64,000 nucleotides of DNA, from assembly GCA_035533495.1 (NCBI GenBank), contig DATLTW010000074.1, positions 25,006-89,005 of the forward strand. Reading direction: 5' to 3'. The translations under genes and the position numbers were made by a program. This DNA comes from Acidimicrobiales bacterium (GTDB lineage: Bacteria; Actinomycetota; Acidimicrobiia; Acidimicrobiales; RAAP-2). The notes below the pieces were generated by a model that was not told where the DNA came from, searched no databases, and worked only from the letters and a program-made list of their open reading frames with translations. Shown here piece by piece: positions 19,711-30,664 of the stretch; the stretch's first letter is position 1; every line of letters begins with the position of its first letter.

Positions 19711-21029
19711 TCTACTGGCGCGGGTGGTTCGCCCTGGTGAGAGCGGTTCGTTCGCGCGCGCCACTGCTCAACGAGCGCGCCCTCACGTCCGTAGTGCGAC
19801 GGATCGAAAAACACCGCCGCCTTTAGTTCGTCGGGCAGATACTGCTGGTCGACCCAACCTTCGGGATAGTCGTGCGCGTAGCGGTACTCGGTGCCAAAGC
19901 CGAGCAGCGCGGCGCTGCGATACGACGCGTCGCGCAGATGATTAGGCACCGGTGCCGACCCGCCGGACTGCACCGCAGCGGTCACCGCGCCGAGCGCGCG
20001 CGTCACTGAATTGCTCTTGGGCATGAGCGCGAGGGTGAGCGTGGCGTGCGCCAGGGTGAGGCGCGCCTCGGGCAACCCGACGAACTCCACGGCCCTGGCC
20101 GCCGCCTCGGCCACGAGTAGACCGAGAGGCTCGGCGAGTCCGACGTCTTCACTGGCCAGAATGACGAGACGCCGTGCGAGAAAGCGCGCGCTCTCACCGC
20201 TCTCCAGCAGTGTCACCAGCCAGTAGAGCGCGCCGTCGGGATCTGATCCTCGCACTGACTTGATGAAGGCGCTGATTTGGTCGTAGTGCGTATCGGCGGA
20301 TTGGTGATAAAGACGCCCGTCTCGAGCTCGCGCGACGTGACCCACGTCGACGGGCTCCCCCGGGTCTTCGATGTTCACGAGCACGATGGCGGTGTCGAGC
20401 GTCGTGAGGGCACTGCGCGCGTCACCCTCCGCTGACGAAGTCACGGCCCGCAGCGCTTCGTCGGTGATCGTCGCCCCTCGAAGCTCAAGGCCGCGGTGCA
20501 CCAAGGTGACGAGATCTTCCTCACCGAGTGGGTGAAGTCGCCACAGCGTGGACCGACTCATCAGAGCGGCATTGACCTCAAAGTACGGGTTCTCGGTCGT
20601 GGCGCCGATGAGGACCACCTCGCCGGTCTCGGTCGCGGGCAACAAGAGATCCTGTTGGGCCTTGTTGAAACGGTGCACCTCGTCGATGAAGAGCACCGTT
20701 CGCTGACCCCGTTCGCCTAAGCGTTCGCGAGCGCGCGTCAACGCTTCACGAACGTCCTTGACGCCGCTCGACACCGCCGAGAGGCTTTCGATGACGTAGT
20801 TCGCCGAAGAGGCCAGAATCCGAGCCAAGGTGGTCTTGCCCGTACCCGCCGGACCCCAGAGGATCATCGACGTCAGTTGGCGGGCCTCGGCCAATCGCCG
20901 CAGGGGTCCGTCAACGCCCACCAAATGGTCTTGGCCCACGACCTCGTCGAGTGTCCGAGGCCGCAGCAGCTCGGCCAGCGGCGCCGACTCGCGCAGGCGC
21001 TCGTTGACGGCGTCGTCAAAGAGTGACGT
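19707..21029 (-). CDS. rarA: Replication-associated recombination protein A (AAA+); start uncertain, likely ACG at 21029
   Basis: [42 protein letters not shown]; frame is open upstream of the called GTG through SLFDD...[17 protein letters not shown]. Confidence 0.92.
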   Translation of the reverse strand, partial: TSLFDDAVNERLRESAPLAELLRPRTLDEVVGQDHLVGVDGPLRRLAEARQLTSMILWGPAGTGKTTLARILASSANYVIESLSAVSSGVKDVREALTRARERLGERGQRTVLFIDEVHRFNKAQQDLLLPATETGEVVLIGATTENPYFEVNAALMSRSTLWRLHPLGEEDLVTLVHRGLELRGATITDEALRAVTSSAEGDARSALTTLDTAIVLVNIEDPGEPVDVGHVARARDGRLYHQSADTHYDQISAFIKSVRGSDPDGALYWLVTLLESGESARFLARRLVILASEDVGLAEPLGLLVAEAAARAVEFVGLPEARLTLAHATLTLALMPKSNSVTRALGAVTAAVQSGGSAPVPNHLRDASYRSAALLGFGTEYRYAHDYPEGWVDQQYLPDELKAAVFFDPSHYGREGALVEQWRARTNRSHQGEPPAPVE

Positions 21030-21032
21030 AGC

Positions 21033-22781
21033 TCACGAACCTTTTTTGGTGAAACGCAAGCGCAGCTCGTCCAAATGCCGCGCGGTGAGGGCCTTGGGCG
21101 CGCCCGTCATGAGATCAGCCCCCGACTGGGTCTTGGGGAACGCGATGACCTCACGGATGTTCTCCTCGCCGGCGAAGATCGCCACGAGCCGGTCGATCCC
21201 GAAGGCGAAGCCGGCGTGGGGTGGCGCGCCGTACTTAAAGGCGCCGAGCAAAAAGCCAAAGCGGCTCTGCGCGTCGTCGTCGCTGATGCCTAGAGCTCGA
21301 AAGATTCGTGACTGGATGTCGGCGCGATGGATTCGCACCGATCCACTGCCGAGCTCCCATCCGTTCAAAACCAGGTCGTACGCCTCGGAGCGAACCTTCA
21401 AGGGATCGCTCTCAATGAGTTCGAGATCTTCGGGATGGGGCATCGTAAAGGGATGGTGCGCCGCCTGAAGGCTGCCCTCTTCGTCGAAACCCTCGAACAA
21501 CGGAAACTCGGTCACCCACACGTACTGGTGGGGACCTTCACCCACCGATGGCGAGCCGAGGCTCACGCGCAGCGCCCCAAGCACCCGGCACGCCGGCGCG
21601 TACTCGTCGGCAACCACGAGCACCAAGTCGCCGATCTGTGCGTCGTCCACGCTTCGCAGGGCCGCCGCCTCGCGCTCGCTGAGAAAGCGCGCCAGTGGTG
21701 AGTCCAGTCCCTCGCTCGTCACGCGAAACCACGCCAGCCCTTTCGCGCCCAGTTGCTTCGCCTGGTCGACGAGCTGATCAAGCCGGGCCCGCGAAAAGCT
21801 CGCTCCATCGATCACGCGCATCGCCTTCACCGTTGGCGCGGCGAACGCCTTCACGTCGCTCGCGGCGAACACCTCGGACAGATCGAACAGGGTCATGCCA
21901 AATCGCAGATCGGGCTTGTCAGTGCCGTAACGTGCCTGCGCCTGCGCCCAGGTCATTTTCGCAATGGTGCCAGGACGAACGCCCGTGGCCACTTCGGCGG
22001 CGTCCATGACGGCCGAGGACACGAAACCGATGATGTCGTCTTGGGACACGAAGCTCGCTTCGAGGTCGAGTTGGACGAACTCAAACTGTCGATCGGCCCT
22101 TAGGTCTTCGTCGCGCAGACACCGCGCGATCTGGTAGTAGCGGTCAAAGCCCCCCACCATCAAGAGCTGCTTCGCGATCTGGGGGCTCTGGGGCAAGACG
22201 TAGAACTCACCGGGTTTCAGACGCGAGGGCACCACGAACTCACGTGAACCTTCGGGCGTCGGCGCCCAGAGCAACGGGGTTTCTACTTCACAGAAGCCCT
22301 GGGCGTCCATGGACCGCCGCAGGGCCCCGTTCACCTTGGCGCGAAGACGTAGGTTGTGCTGCATCTTGTCGCGACGAAGGTCCAGGTAGCGATAGCGAAG
22401 GCGCACCTGTTCTTCAATGTCCACCCGGTCGTCGAGTTGAAACGGCGGCACCTCGGCCAGCGAGAGTACTTCGATTTGACAGTCGCTCAACTCCACCGCC
22501 CCGGTCGACAAATGCTGGTTGACCGTGCCTTCGGGGCGGGGTGTGACGGTGCCGGTGACGCGAACGACGTACTCACTCTTGACTTCAACCGTGCCCGCAA
22601 CGACCACCTGAACCACGCCCGAACGGTCACGAATGTCGAGGAAGGCCAGGTGCTCCCCGTGCTCGCGTCGCTTGGCGACCCAGCCACAGACGCTGACGCG
22701 TTCGCCCACGTGATTCTCACTGATCGAGCCGCAGAGCAGGTCGCGCATGCTGGTGGCTTCGAGGTCGTCGGGCATCGTCAC
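21033..22781 (-). CDS. aspS: Aspartate--tRNA ligase (probably non-discriminating Asp/Asn)
   Basis: RYRYLDLR, LPQSPQ, RDEDLRADRQ.EF, GAPPH.G; His in RREHG and Gly in RPEG fit the non-discriminating type. Confidence 0.96.
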   Translation of the reverse strand: MTMPDDLEATSMRDLLCGSISENHVGERVSVCGWVAKRREHGEHLAFLDIRDRSGVVQVVVAGTVEVKSEYVVRVTGTVTPRPEGTVNQHLSTGAVELSDCQIEVLSLAEVPPFQLDDRVDIEEQVRLRYRYLDLRRDKMQHNLRLRAKVNGALRRSMDAQGFCEVETPLLWAPTPEGSREFVVPSRLKPGEFYVLPQSPQIAKQLLMVGGFDRYYQIARCLRDEDLRADRQFEFVQLDLEASFVSQDDIIGFVSSAVMDAAEVATGVRPGTIAKMTWAQAQARYGTDKPDLRFGMTLFDLSEVFAASDVKAFAAPTVKAMRVIDGASFSRARLDQLVDQAKQLGAKGLAWFRVTSEGLDSPLARFLSEREAAALRSVDDAQIGDLVLVVADEYAPACRVLGALRVSLGSPSVGEGPHQYVWVTEFPLFEGFDEEGSLQAAHHPFTMPHPEDLELIESDPLKVRSEAYDLVLNGWELGSGSVRIHRADIQSRIFRALGISDDDAQSRFGFLLGAFKYGAPPHAGFAFGIDRLVAIFAGEENIREVIAFPKTQSGADLMTGAPKALTARHLDELRLRFTKKGS

Positions 22782-22782
22782 T

Positions 22783-24066
22783 TCACTTCTTCAGCAGGTT
22801 AGTGACCGTCGAGACGATGTCGCTTTGGACCACGCGCAACTGCGCCTGCGCAAAGTCCTCGCTTCGAAGGTCCCTAATCGTAACCTCACCGGTCTGGAAC
22901 TCCTCGGGGCCCAGGAGCAGCGCCAGACGCGCGCCCGACTTGTCGGCCACCTTCATCTGGGCCTTCATCGAACGCTGGTCGTACGCGCGCTCCGTCGCAA
23001 AGCCGGCTTCGCGCAACCGCTCGACCAGAACCGTCGCGACGTCCTGGCCAGATGTATCGATGACAAAGACGTCGAGCGTGCGATTAAGGAGTTCGCTCGT
23101 GACGCCTTCAGCGTGGCGCGCGAGCAAGATCCGCTCGACGCCACCGCCAAAGCCGATACCGCTGGTGGGTTTGCCACCCAATTCTTGCGCCAGTTTGTCG
23201 TAACGCCCGCCCCCGCCTATCGCGTTTTGGGCGCCTTCGAGCGCGTCGGCGACGAACTCAAAGGTCGTGCGCGTGTAGTAGTCAAAGCCGCGTACCAGTC
23301 GAGGATCGAGGGTGCTCTCGATGCCCAGTGACGAAAGTCCCGCGAGTACGTGGTCAAAGTGCCTTCGACAGTCCGCACAGAGATGATCGATCAGCAGTGG
23401 TCCGTTGGCGGTGACCTCGACGCAGGGGTCTCGCTTGCAGTCCAGTACGCGTAGCGGGTTCTGGCGCCAGATCGTACGGTGCTCTTCACAGAGTTGGTCT
23501 TCGTGGGCGGCCAGGTACTCGCTCAGTTGAAGCACGTACGCGCTCCGACACACGTCGTGGCCCATGGAGTTGACGAGCAGGCGCACCCGTCGCAGCCCGA
23601 CGTCTCGGAAAAAACCGTTCGCCAACGCGATGACCTCCACGTCCACGGCCGGGTCGTCGGTGCCGAGTACTTCGACGCCGAGTTGATAGTGCTGGCGGTA
23701 CCGTCCGGCTTGGGGCCGTTCGTAGCGAAAGGCCGGCGTGGCGTACCAGGCTTTCCACGGCGTGGTCGGCTGGTGCTGGACAAAGGCGCGCACCACCGAC
23801 GCGGTGCCCTCGGGGCGCAGCGCGTAGCGCCGCTCGCCGCGATCCTCAAAGACGTACATCTCCTTGGTAAAGACGTCGCTCTGCTCGCCGATGCCTCGAA
23901 GAAAGACCCCCACGTCTTCAAAGAGCGGATTTATCACTAAAGAGAAGCCATAACGGTACGCACGCTGGGCGAACGCGGCGAGAAGACCTTCCCACAGCGT
24001 CGATTCGGGTCCGAGCACGTCGTGCGTGCCGACCGGGGCCCGAAAGGGAACGCTCGGCTCACTCAT
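22783..24066 (-). CDS. hisS: Histidine--tRNA ligase
   Basis: LRPEGTA, FRYERPQAGRYRQ, LVRGFDYY, GGGRYD. Confidence 0.97.
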   Translation of the reverse strand: MSEPSVPFRAPVGTHDVLGPESTLWEGLLAAFAQRAYRYGFSLVINPLFEDVGVFLRGIGEQSDVFTKEMYVFEDRGERRYALRPEGTASVVRAFVQHQPTTPWKAWYATPAFRYERPQAGRYRQHYQLGVEVLGTDDPAVDVEVIALANGFFRDVGLRRVRLLVNSMGHDVCRSAYVLQLSEYLAAHEDQLCEEHRTIWRQNPLRVLDCKRDPCVEVTANGPLLIDHLCADCRRHFDHVLAGLSSLGIESTLDPRLVRGFDYYTRTTFEFVADALEGAQNAIGGGGRYDKLAQELGGKPTSGIGFGGGVERILLARHAEGVTSELLNRTLDVFVIDTSGQDVATVLVERLREAGFATERAYDQRSMKAQMKVADKSGARLALLLGPEEFQTGEVTIRDLRSEDFAQAQLRVVQSDIVSTVTNLLKK

Positions 24067-26273
24067 GAGGTCTTGTTCTGACCCGGCAATGAGCGAAAGG
24101 CGTCAAAGACGCCATCAACTTCCTTCAGCGCCATCAGAAGGCTCGAGAGGTGCGCCGGGTCGGCGAGTTCGACGTCAAAGATCATGCGCACGATCCGCGC
24201 CCCCGACGTCGTGGAACTGCTCGAGATGATGTTGAGGTGATACTCCGCGACCACTTTGGACACGTCGAGCAAGAGACGCGATCGGTCAAAGGCCATAATC
24301 TCCAAGACAGCCCGATACTGACCGCCCGCGGAGCCGTCCCACTCCACGTCAATAATTCGCTCGCCGAGGCGCTGGGCCAGCGCCACGGCGTTCGAACAGT
24401 CGTCACGGTGCACCGACACTCCCCGACCCTGGGTGATAAAGCCCATGATGCTGTCACCGGGCACCGGCGAACAGCACCGAGCCAGGTGAATCATGACGTC
24501 GTCGAGTCCTTCTACGTAGACCCCCGCCGTGCGGCGCGAAGTGCGATACGCCCGCGGCGCCTTGGTAACCGTCGTGGGCATCTGTTCGGCGTCGCCCCCT
24601 CGCAGCTCGCGGTCCAGACGTTGCACGACCGCGAGGGCGGAGATCTGATCACTATCGATCGCCATAAACAGCGCGTCGTGGTCCTCTAAGTTCATCGACG
24701 CGATAACCGCGTCCAGAGCGCTCGAAGTGAGCGACGTCGCGATGGGCAATCCCTCACGGCGCAGGGCCTTGGTCAGTTCCTCACGTCCCCCTTCGATGGC
24801 GTCGTCGCGGCGCTCGCGTTGGAACCACTGGCGAATCTTGGACTTGGCCCTGGACGATTGGGCGATGTTGAGCCAATCGCGTGACGGACTGGCGCTGTCG
24901 TTCTTGCTCGTGACAATCTCAACGACGTCGGCCGATCGCAGCACAGTATCCAGTGGCACCAAGCGGCCATTCACCTTGGCGCCCACGCAGTGGTGTCCGA
25001 CCTCGGTGTGCACCGCGTAGGCGAAGTCGATGGGGGTCGCCCCTTCAATGAGGGGAATGACCCGACCCTTGGGGGTGAAGATATACACCTCGTCCTGGCC
25101 GAGGTCGAGCTTTAACGCTTCGAGGAAGGCGATGGGGTCGTTCTCCTCCTCTTCGACGTCGGCCAATCGCTGCATCCAGGCCACTTCCTTGGCCGAGGCG
25201 CCTTCTTTGTAGCTCCAGTGTGCGGCCACGCCGAACTCGGCGCGACGGTGCATCTCTTGGGTGCGCACCTGCACTTCGACTGATTTGCCACGCGGACCGA
25301 TGACCGTAGTGTGCAACGACTGATAGAGGTTGAACTTTGGCGAGTTGATGAAGTCCTTGAAGCGACCTTGGACCGGCGACCACAGCGCGTGAATGGCCCC
25401 CAACGCCGCCCAGCAGTCGCGCTCGTCTTCGACGATGAGCCGCAGTCCCACGAGGTCGAAAATCTCGTCGAACTCCTTGCCACCCACCACCATCTTTTCG
25501 TAGATGCTCCAAAAGTGCTTCGGTCGACCGCGCACGTCCGCCTTGATGCCGAACTCGTCGAGCTTGGCCGAGAGCGTCGACATCACTTCACTGAGGTAGG
25601 CCTCACGTTCGGGCTGGCGCGCGGCGACCATCTGCTCGATCTCGGCGTACCGCTTCGGGTGCAGCGTGGCAAAACTTAGATCCTCCAGCTGCCACTTCAC
25701 CTGTTGCACCCCGAGTCGGTGAGCCAAGGGCGCGTAGACGTCGAGTGTCTCTTGCGCGATGGCGCGTTGGCGATGCATCGGCATCACCGAGATGGTGCGC
25801 ATGTTGTGAAGTCGATCGGCCAGCTTGATCAAAAGCACGCGCCAATCCTGGGCCATGGCGATGAACATCTTGCGGATCGTGGCGGCCTGCTGGGCCTCTT
25901 TGGAGTCAAACTCGAGTCGATCCAGCTTGGTGACCCCGTCAACCACGGCCGCCACCTGGGCGCCGAACTCCTTCGCCAGCCACTTCGTGGTGATTCCGGT
26001 ATCTTCCACCGCGTCGTGCAAGAGGGCCGCCGCGATTGTGGTCTCGTCGAGACCCAGATCGGCCGTAATCCCGGCCACCGCGATGGGGTGGGTGACGTAA
26101 GGTTCGCCGGTTCGGCGTAGCTGACCCTCGTGGGCGTTAATGGCGGCTATTCCGGCGCGACGAATCAGGTCCGCGTCGCCGTCGACGTGGTGCTCGCCAA
26201 AACGCGCGATCAGGCGCTCAATCGAACTCAGCAGCGCCGGGTCGGCGGTGGAGCGTGAAGTGAGACTAACCAT
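24063..26273 (-). CDS. rel: Bifunctional (p)ppGpp synthetase/hydrolase Rel
   Basis: HD (LLHDAVED), RFKD, YQSLHT and EVQVRT motifs; TGS and ACT domains. Confidence 0.96.
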   Translation of the reverse strand: MVSLTSRSTADPALLSSIERLIARFGEHHVDGDADLIRRAGIAAINAHEGQLRRTGEPYVTHPIAVAGITADLGLDETTIAAALLHDAVEDTGITTKWLAKEFGAQVAAVVDGVTKLDRLEFDSKEAQQAATIRKMFIAMAQDWRVLLIKLADRLHNMRTISVMPMHRQRAIAQETLDVYAPLAHRLGVQQVKWQLEDLSFATLHPKRYAEIEQMVAARQPEREAYLSEVMSTLSAKLDEFGIKADVRGRPKHFWSIYEKMVVGGKEFDEIFDLVGLRLIVEDERDCWAALGAIHALWSPVQGRFKDFINSPKFNLYQSLHTTVIGPRGKSVEVQVRTQEMHRRAEFGVAAHWSYKEGASAKEVAWMQRLADVEEEENDPIAFLEALKLDLGQDEVYIFTPKGRVIPLIEGATPIDFAYAVHTEVGHHCVGAKVNGRLVPLDTVLRSADVVEIVTSKNDSASPSRDWLNIAQSSRAKSKIRQWFQRERRDDAIEGGREELTKALRREGLPIATSLTSSALDAVIASMNLEDHDALFMAIDSDQISALAVVQRLDRELRGGDAEQMPTTVTKAPRAYRTSRRTAGVYVEGLDDVMIHLARCCSPVPGDSIMGFITQGRGVSVHRDDCSNAVALAQRLGERIIDVEWDGSAGGQYRAVLEIMAFDRSRLLLDVSKVVAEYHLNIISSSSTTSGARIVRMIFDVELADPAHLSSLLMALKEVDGVFDAFRSLPGQNKTS

Positions 26274-26529
26274 GGCGTCAGTCTACCGGCGCGTTCGCGC
26301 ATGTTAGGGCGCGCTACGGCTGTCGACGACGGTTCGAAGGGCTCACCAATCGTGGTGACGCCGCGCCACGAAGGGCGCCGCCATGATGATTCGGTGTGAA
26401 GTCGTGCGTTGACGTGCGACGCTACAGTACGTTCGAACAACCACGTGACCGTCGCCAATCGAGAGGACCGCGTCCGCCTCGAACCATCAATCGATGCAGC
26501 GATACGCTTGACTATCTTGAAAAGCACCC

Positions 26530-27990
26530 ATGACTTCAATCGCTGACGTCCTCGGCGGGCACTACCGCCTCGTCCGATTACTCGGCCGAGGCGGCATGTC
26601 CGATGTCTATGAAGCGCTCGACGAACGAAACGGCTCCACCGTGGCGCTGAAGATCGTGCGCTCAGGTGACCCCGAATTCGTTCGGCGCCTAACGCAAGAG
26701 GCCCGGGCCCTTGAGAGTTTCGAACACCCGGGACTCATCCGACTGCTAGACACCGGTCTTGCCGGTGATGACGCGTATTTGGTGATGGAGTTCGTGGACG
26801 GACCGACGCTCGCCGAGTCGCTCAAAAAAGGTCCGCTCAGCGCTCCAGCGACGGGCGCCCTCGGCGCGAGATTGGCCGACGCCTTGGCGTACGTGCACGA
26901 ACGCGGAATCGTCCACCGTGATGTGAAGCCGTCGAACATCCTGCAGTCGTCCACGGGCGAAGCCTGGATCGGGGACTTCGGCGTCGCCCAACTCCATGAC
27001 GCGACGACACTGACCGCGGTGGGCACCGCGTTGGGGACCGTCGTCTACATGGCACCAGAACAACTCGAAGGCGGCCAAGTCGGTCCCAGCGCCGACATCT
27101 GGTCGCTGGGCATCGTGCTGCTCGAGTGCCTGACGGGGCGACGCGTTTATCAAGGCTCGCCGAGTGAGATCGTCGCGAGCCGAATGGCCGGTCCAGTACC
27201 GGTGCCAAAGGATCTACCCGTGCCGTGGAAGCTGGTCCTGGGCGGGATGCTCGACTTTCGACCGGAGCAGCGCTTGAGCGGCGCCCAGGTCGCCACACTT
27301 TTGTCGACCTCGGTGTTCGCCACGCCCTGGCGGGCGTCCAACAGCGACGAAACCGAACGCTTGTCGGCTGTCTCACCCGAGGACCTCACGGTACTCATGC
27401 CAGGCGTGGGCGCCGCCCTCACGCCAAGCGGCGACGACACCGTCATTGACACGCCCTCACGGGGCGCCACCACGGCGCCGCGACACCTCGGCACTCGACG
27501 CTTGCGGCCAGCGTGGCTCATGTCAGGTGCCGTCATCGCGGCGGCGGCGGCCGTCGCCTTGATCTTCTTGCTCGGGTCGAACCCCTCCAAGCCACCCACG
27601 ACGACCCTGGCGTCGACGACCACCACGTCAAGCACCATCATCTCCAGCTCGAGCGCACTCGCGCGTTTGGTCAGTGACTTAGCATCAGCTCAGGCCGCCG
27701 GCGCGATCGACCCCGCTTCGCAACAGAGCATCTCTCAAGACGCCAACCAGGCACTCATCGACCAAGGGGCAGGAAACTTAACGCGAGCCGAAAACGATCT
27801 GCAACGAGCGGCGAACGTGCTCGCCAACGCCATCCAGGGCGGGCAGATCAGTTTAAGTGAGGGTGCGATCCTTCAGCGTGATCTCTCGGCACTGGCCGCT
27901 TCGCTCGGCGTGGCCGCGCCCAGCGCGACGACGACGCCTACGTCACCGGGTAACCCTGGCCCCGGTCACGGCAAGGGCAAGGGCCATTGA
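26530..27990 (+). CDS. Hanks-type Ser/Thr protein kinase with TM and small extracytoplasmic helical domain
   Basis: LGRGGM..V, VALK, HRDVKPSN, DFG, YMAPE; TM AVIAAAAAVALIFLL; Thr/Ser linker. Confidence 0.92.
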   Translation: MTSIADVLGGHYRLVRLLGRGGMSDVYEALDERNGSTVALKIVRSGDPEFVRRLTQEARALESFEHPGLIRLLDTGLAGDDAYLVMEFVDGPTLAESLKKGPLSAPATGALGARLADALAYVHERGIVHRDVKPSNILQSSTGEAWIGDFGVAQLHDATTLTAVGTALGTVVYMAPEQLEGGQVGPSADIWSLGIVLLECLTGRRVYQGSPSEIVASRMAGPVPVPKDLPVPWKLVLGGMLDFRPEQRLSGAQVATLLSTSVFATPWRASNSDETERLSAVSPEDLTVLMPGVGAALTPSGDDTVIDTPSRGATTAPRHLGTRRLRPAWLMSGAVIAAAAAVALIFLLGSNPSKPPTTTLASTTTTSSTIISSSSALARLVSDLASAQAAGAIDPASQQSISQDANQALIDQGAGNLTRAENDLQRAANVLANAIQGGQISLSEGAILQRDLSALAASLGVAAPSATTTPTSPGNPGPGHGKGKGH

Positions 27991-28011
27991 CGTGAGACAG
28001 GCGCCGGCGTG

Positions 28012-29154
28012 TCAACGGCGCTTGGGCTTTCGCGCGCGAGGTTGAATGGTCCCCCCCATGATGCCCGAGCGCGTCGGACGAACGGTCCTCACGCTGCCCT
28101 CGGCCCCTAAGAGCGCCGCGCTCGAGGCGGTCAAGGTCTGACGTTCCGAGCGCTGGTTGACGCGTGCGGCGAGTTCTTGGTAGCGCGGTTCGCGTTCTTT
28201 CAACCACGCAAGTATCGGGCTCGCAATAAATATTGAAGAGTACGCCCCGCTCATAAGTCCAACAAAGAGTGCCAAGCCGTAGTTCTGTAGCGTCGTCGCG
28301 CCCAAGAGATCAGCGCCAATCAGCAATACCGCGAGTACCGGCAAGATGGCCACCAGCGAGGTATTAATTGATCGCGCCAACGTCTGGTTCATCGAGAGGT
28401 TGACCATGTCGCTGTAGGTGAGGTCCCCGCCCTTTAGGACGCCCTGGGTGTTATCGCGTACTCGGTCAAAGACGACAACCGTGTCGTAGAGCGAGTACCC
28501 GAGAATCGTCAAAATCGCGATTACCGTGTCGGGCGTGATCTGGAAGCCAAAGAGCGAGAACACCCCCACCGTCACGAGCAAGTCGTGCACCATCGCGATG
28601 AACGCGGCCACGGCCATCTTGGGCTCGAAACGAATACTGATGTAAGCCACCACCGCAATGAAGAAGACAATGAGCGCCTCGAGCGCCTTATTGGTGATCT
28701 GACCACCCCACGTGGGGCCAACGTTGCTCGTGGACACCTGATTGTTCGTGGTACCAGCGACCTTGGCCATGGCGGCGACGACGTTATTCGTCTCGGTGAG
28801 CTGTTGGGCCTGGGAGAGCGAGTTGATGTTGGCCGTCACCTGGTAGGTATCTGAACCCAACTTCTCCACGCTCGGATTCGTGAGACCGGCTTTTTGAACG
28901 GCATTGGTCATGTTGGTGATGGACGTATGAGGAGCCAGCACTTCCCAGGAGCTGCCGCCCTTGAAGTCGATGCCGAGGTTAAATCCGCGAATGGCTAGAG
29001 AACCCATGCCAACGACGATGATGATCGCCGAGACGGTGAACCAGATCTTGCGTCGACCGACGAAGTCAACGGTCGTAAGCCCGTGGTAGAGACGACCAAT
29101 AGGACCGTAGACCTTCGTCTCGGGAGGCGTCGTCATGTCAGTGTCGCTACTCAC
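28012..29154 (-). CDS. secF: Protein translocase subunit SecF
   Basis: GIDFKGG, VGPTWG, GYSLYDTVVVFDRVR, RSINT. Confidence 0.96.
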   Translation of the reverse strand: MSSDTDMTTPPETKVYGPIGRLYHGLTTVDFVGRRKIWFTVSAIIIVVGMGSLAIRGFNLGIDFKGGSSWEVLAPHTSITNMTNAVQKAGLTNPSVEKLGSDTYQVTANINSLSQAQQLTETNNVVAAMAKVAGTTNNQVSTSNVGPTWGGQITNKALEALIVFFIAVVAYISIRFEPKMAVAAFIAMVHDLLVTVGVFSLFGFQITPDTVIAILTILGYSLYDTVVVFDRVRDNTQGVLKGGDLTYSDMVNLSMNQTLARSINTSLVAILPVLAVLLIGADLLGATTLQNYGLALFVGLMSGAYSSIFIASPILAWLKEREPRYQELAARVNQRSERQTLTASSAALLGAEGSVRTVRPTRSGIMGGTIQPRARKPKRR

Positions 29155-30664
29155 TGGCGACTCCCGCCTGCATTCCCGCCGCCATCGACAGTGCCGAGGT
29201 GCTCGACGAGCCTCTACGACCGAGCAAGATCACGAGCGGACGGGTGAAGTACCAGGTGATGACGACGTCCATGATCGTCGACAGACCGAGGAAGAAGGCG
29301 AAGCCTCTCACGTCGCCCACCGCGATGATGTAAAGCAGGACCGCCGCGAGCAAGCTCACCGTGTCCGCGGCCAATACCGTTCGCCAGGCCGAGCGAAACC
29401 CGCGGTCGACGGAAGATCGTACCGATCGCCCCGCTCGAGCCTCGTCCTTTAATCGTTCGAAGTACACCACGTAACTGTCCACCGTGATACCGATCGACAC
29501 AATTAATCCGGTGACACCGGCCAGGTCGAAACTTGGCGCGAAAGCCGTATGGCCGAGCGCCGAGATGATTGCCCACAAGAGCGACGCCGTGACAATGAGT
29601 CCAAAGACGATGACGAGTCCGAGCGCGCGGTAGTAGAGAATCGTGTACAGCAGCACTAAGGCCAGGCCGGCCAGGCCGGCGCCGAGACCGGCGATCAGCG
29701 CCGAGTGACCCAAGGTTGGTGAGACGGTCACAGTATTGAGGGCCTGGAGCCGCACGGGCAACGCGCCGAAGTTCATCGCGAGGGCCAGATTCTTCGCCGA
29801 GCCCTCGCTGAACGATCCCGAGATCTGACCGGTGCCCTGGAAACTAGTAAAGGTGCTCTGCGTGGGCTGAATGATGGGCGCGGACTGCACCACCCCGTCG
29901 AGTTCAATGGCGAGGAGCTGATGGAAGTTCTGGCTGGCCACTTTGTCCCAGAGTGGACTACCCGCGGAGGTCAGGGTGTAGTTGACGACCCACGCGCCGG
30001 TCTGGTCCTGTTGGGCCACAGCCTTTTTGATGGATTGACCCGTCAGCTCTGACGGTCCCAAGACGTAGCGCACACTTGGTTGGCCCAAGAGCGGCAAGAG
30101 AACGGAGTCTTTGGGCAGATCGCTACTGGGCTGGGTGGAGGCGAGATCGGTGAAGGCGGGATCGGGCGGAAGGTTGTTGCTCGTAAATCCCGCCACGTTG
30201 TTCGCCGGCGTGACGGCCAGATTGGCCTCAGTCATTTGGTAAGTGGCCCCACACGCGGGTAGAGCTTTCTTACCCAGTGGCGCGAGCTTGGAGCCAACCG
30301 CGGCTTGACATATGACGGGACGAAACAGTAGTTGGGCAGTCTCACCTACGAGCTGGAGAACCTTGCGCGCGTCATGGACCCCGGGCACGCTCACCACGAC
30401 GTCCTTGCCTTGGAGATTGACCTGCGCGCCGGAGACGCCGAGCCCGTTGACTCGATTCGAGAGGATCGTCACCACCTCTTGCATGTCGGCAATGGACGCC
30501 GGGGTCGTGGGCTTGTAGACGACCGAGAGACCGCCCGCCAGGTCCAGACCGAGCTTGGGCCCCCAGCCGAGCGACATCGTCGCGGCCAGAGATCCAAAGG
30601 CAATCACGACGGTGAGAATGAGACTGACGATCAAAGATCGTCGTGAGCCAACCTGTGGTGGCAT
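29147..30664 (-). CDS. secD: Protein translocase subunit SecD
   Basis: LGLDLAGG, RVNGLGV, GALP, GITVDSYVVYFER. Confidence 0.96.
   Translation of the reverse strand: MPPQVGSRRSLIVSLILTVVIAFGSLAATMSLGWGPKLGLDLAGGLSVVYKPTTPASIADMQEVVTILSNRVNGLGVSGAQVNLQGKDVVVSVPGVHDARKVLQLVGETAQLLFRPVICQAAVGSKLAPLGKKALPACGATYQMTEANLAVTPANNVAGFTSNNLPPDPAFTDLASTQPSSDLPKDSVLLPLLGQPSVRYVLGPSELTGQSIKKAVAQQDQTGAWVVNYTLTSAGSPLWDKVASQNFHQLLAIELDGVVQSAPIIQPTQSTFTSFQGTGQISGSFSEGSAKNLALAMNFGALPVRLQALNTVTVSPTLGHSALIAGLGAGLAGLALVLLYTILYYRALGLVIVFGLIVTASLLWAIISALGHTAFAPSFDLAGVTGLIVSIGITVDSYVVYFERLKDEARAGRSVRSSVDRGFRSAWRTVLAADTVSLLAAVLLYIIAVGDVRGFAFFLGLSTIMDVVITWYFTRPLVILLGRRGSSSTSALSMAAGMQAGVASE

Noticed and set aside
26425-26440. 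GTTCGAAC near the rel/kinase promoter as an SOS box
   Set aside because: Half-sites are abutting and in the wrong orientation for GAAC-N4-GTTC
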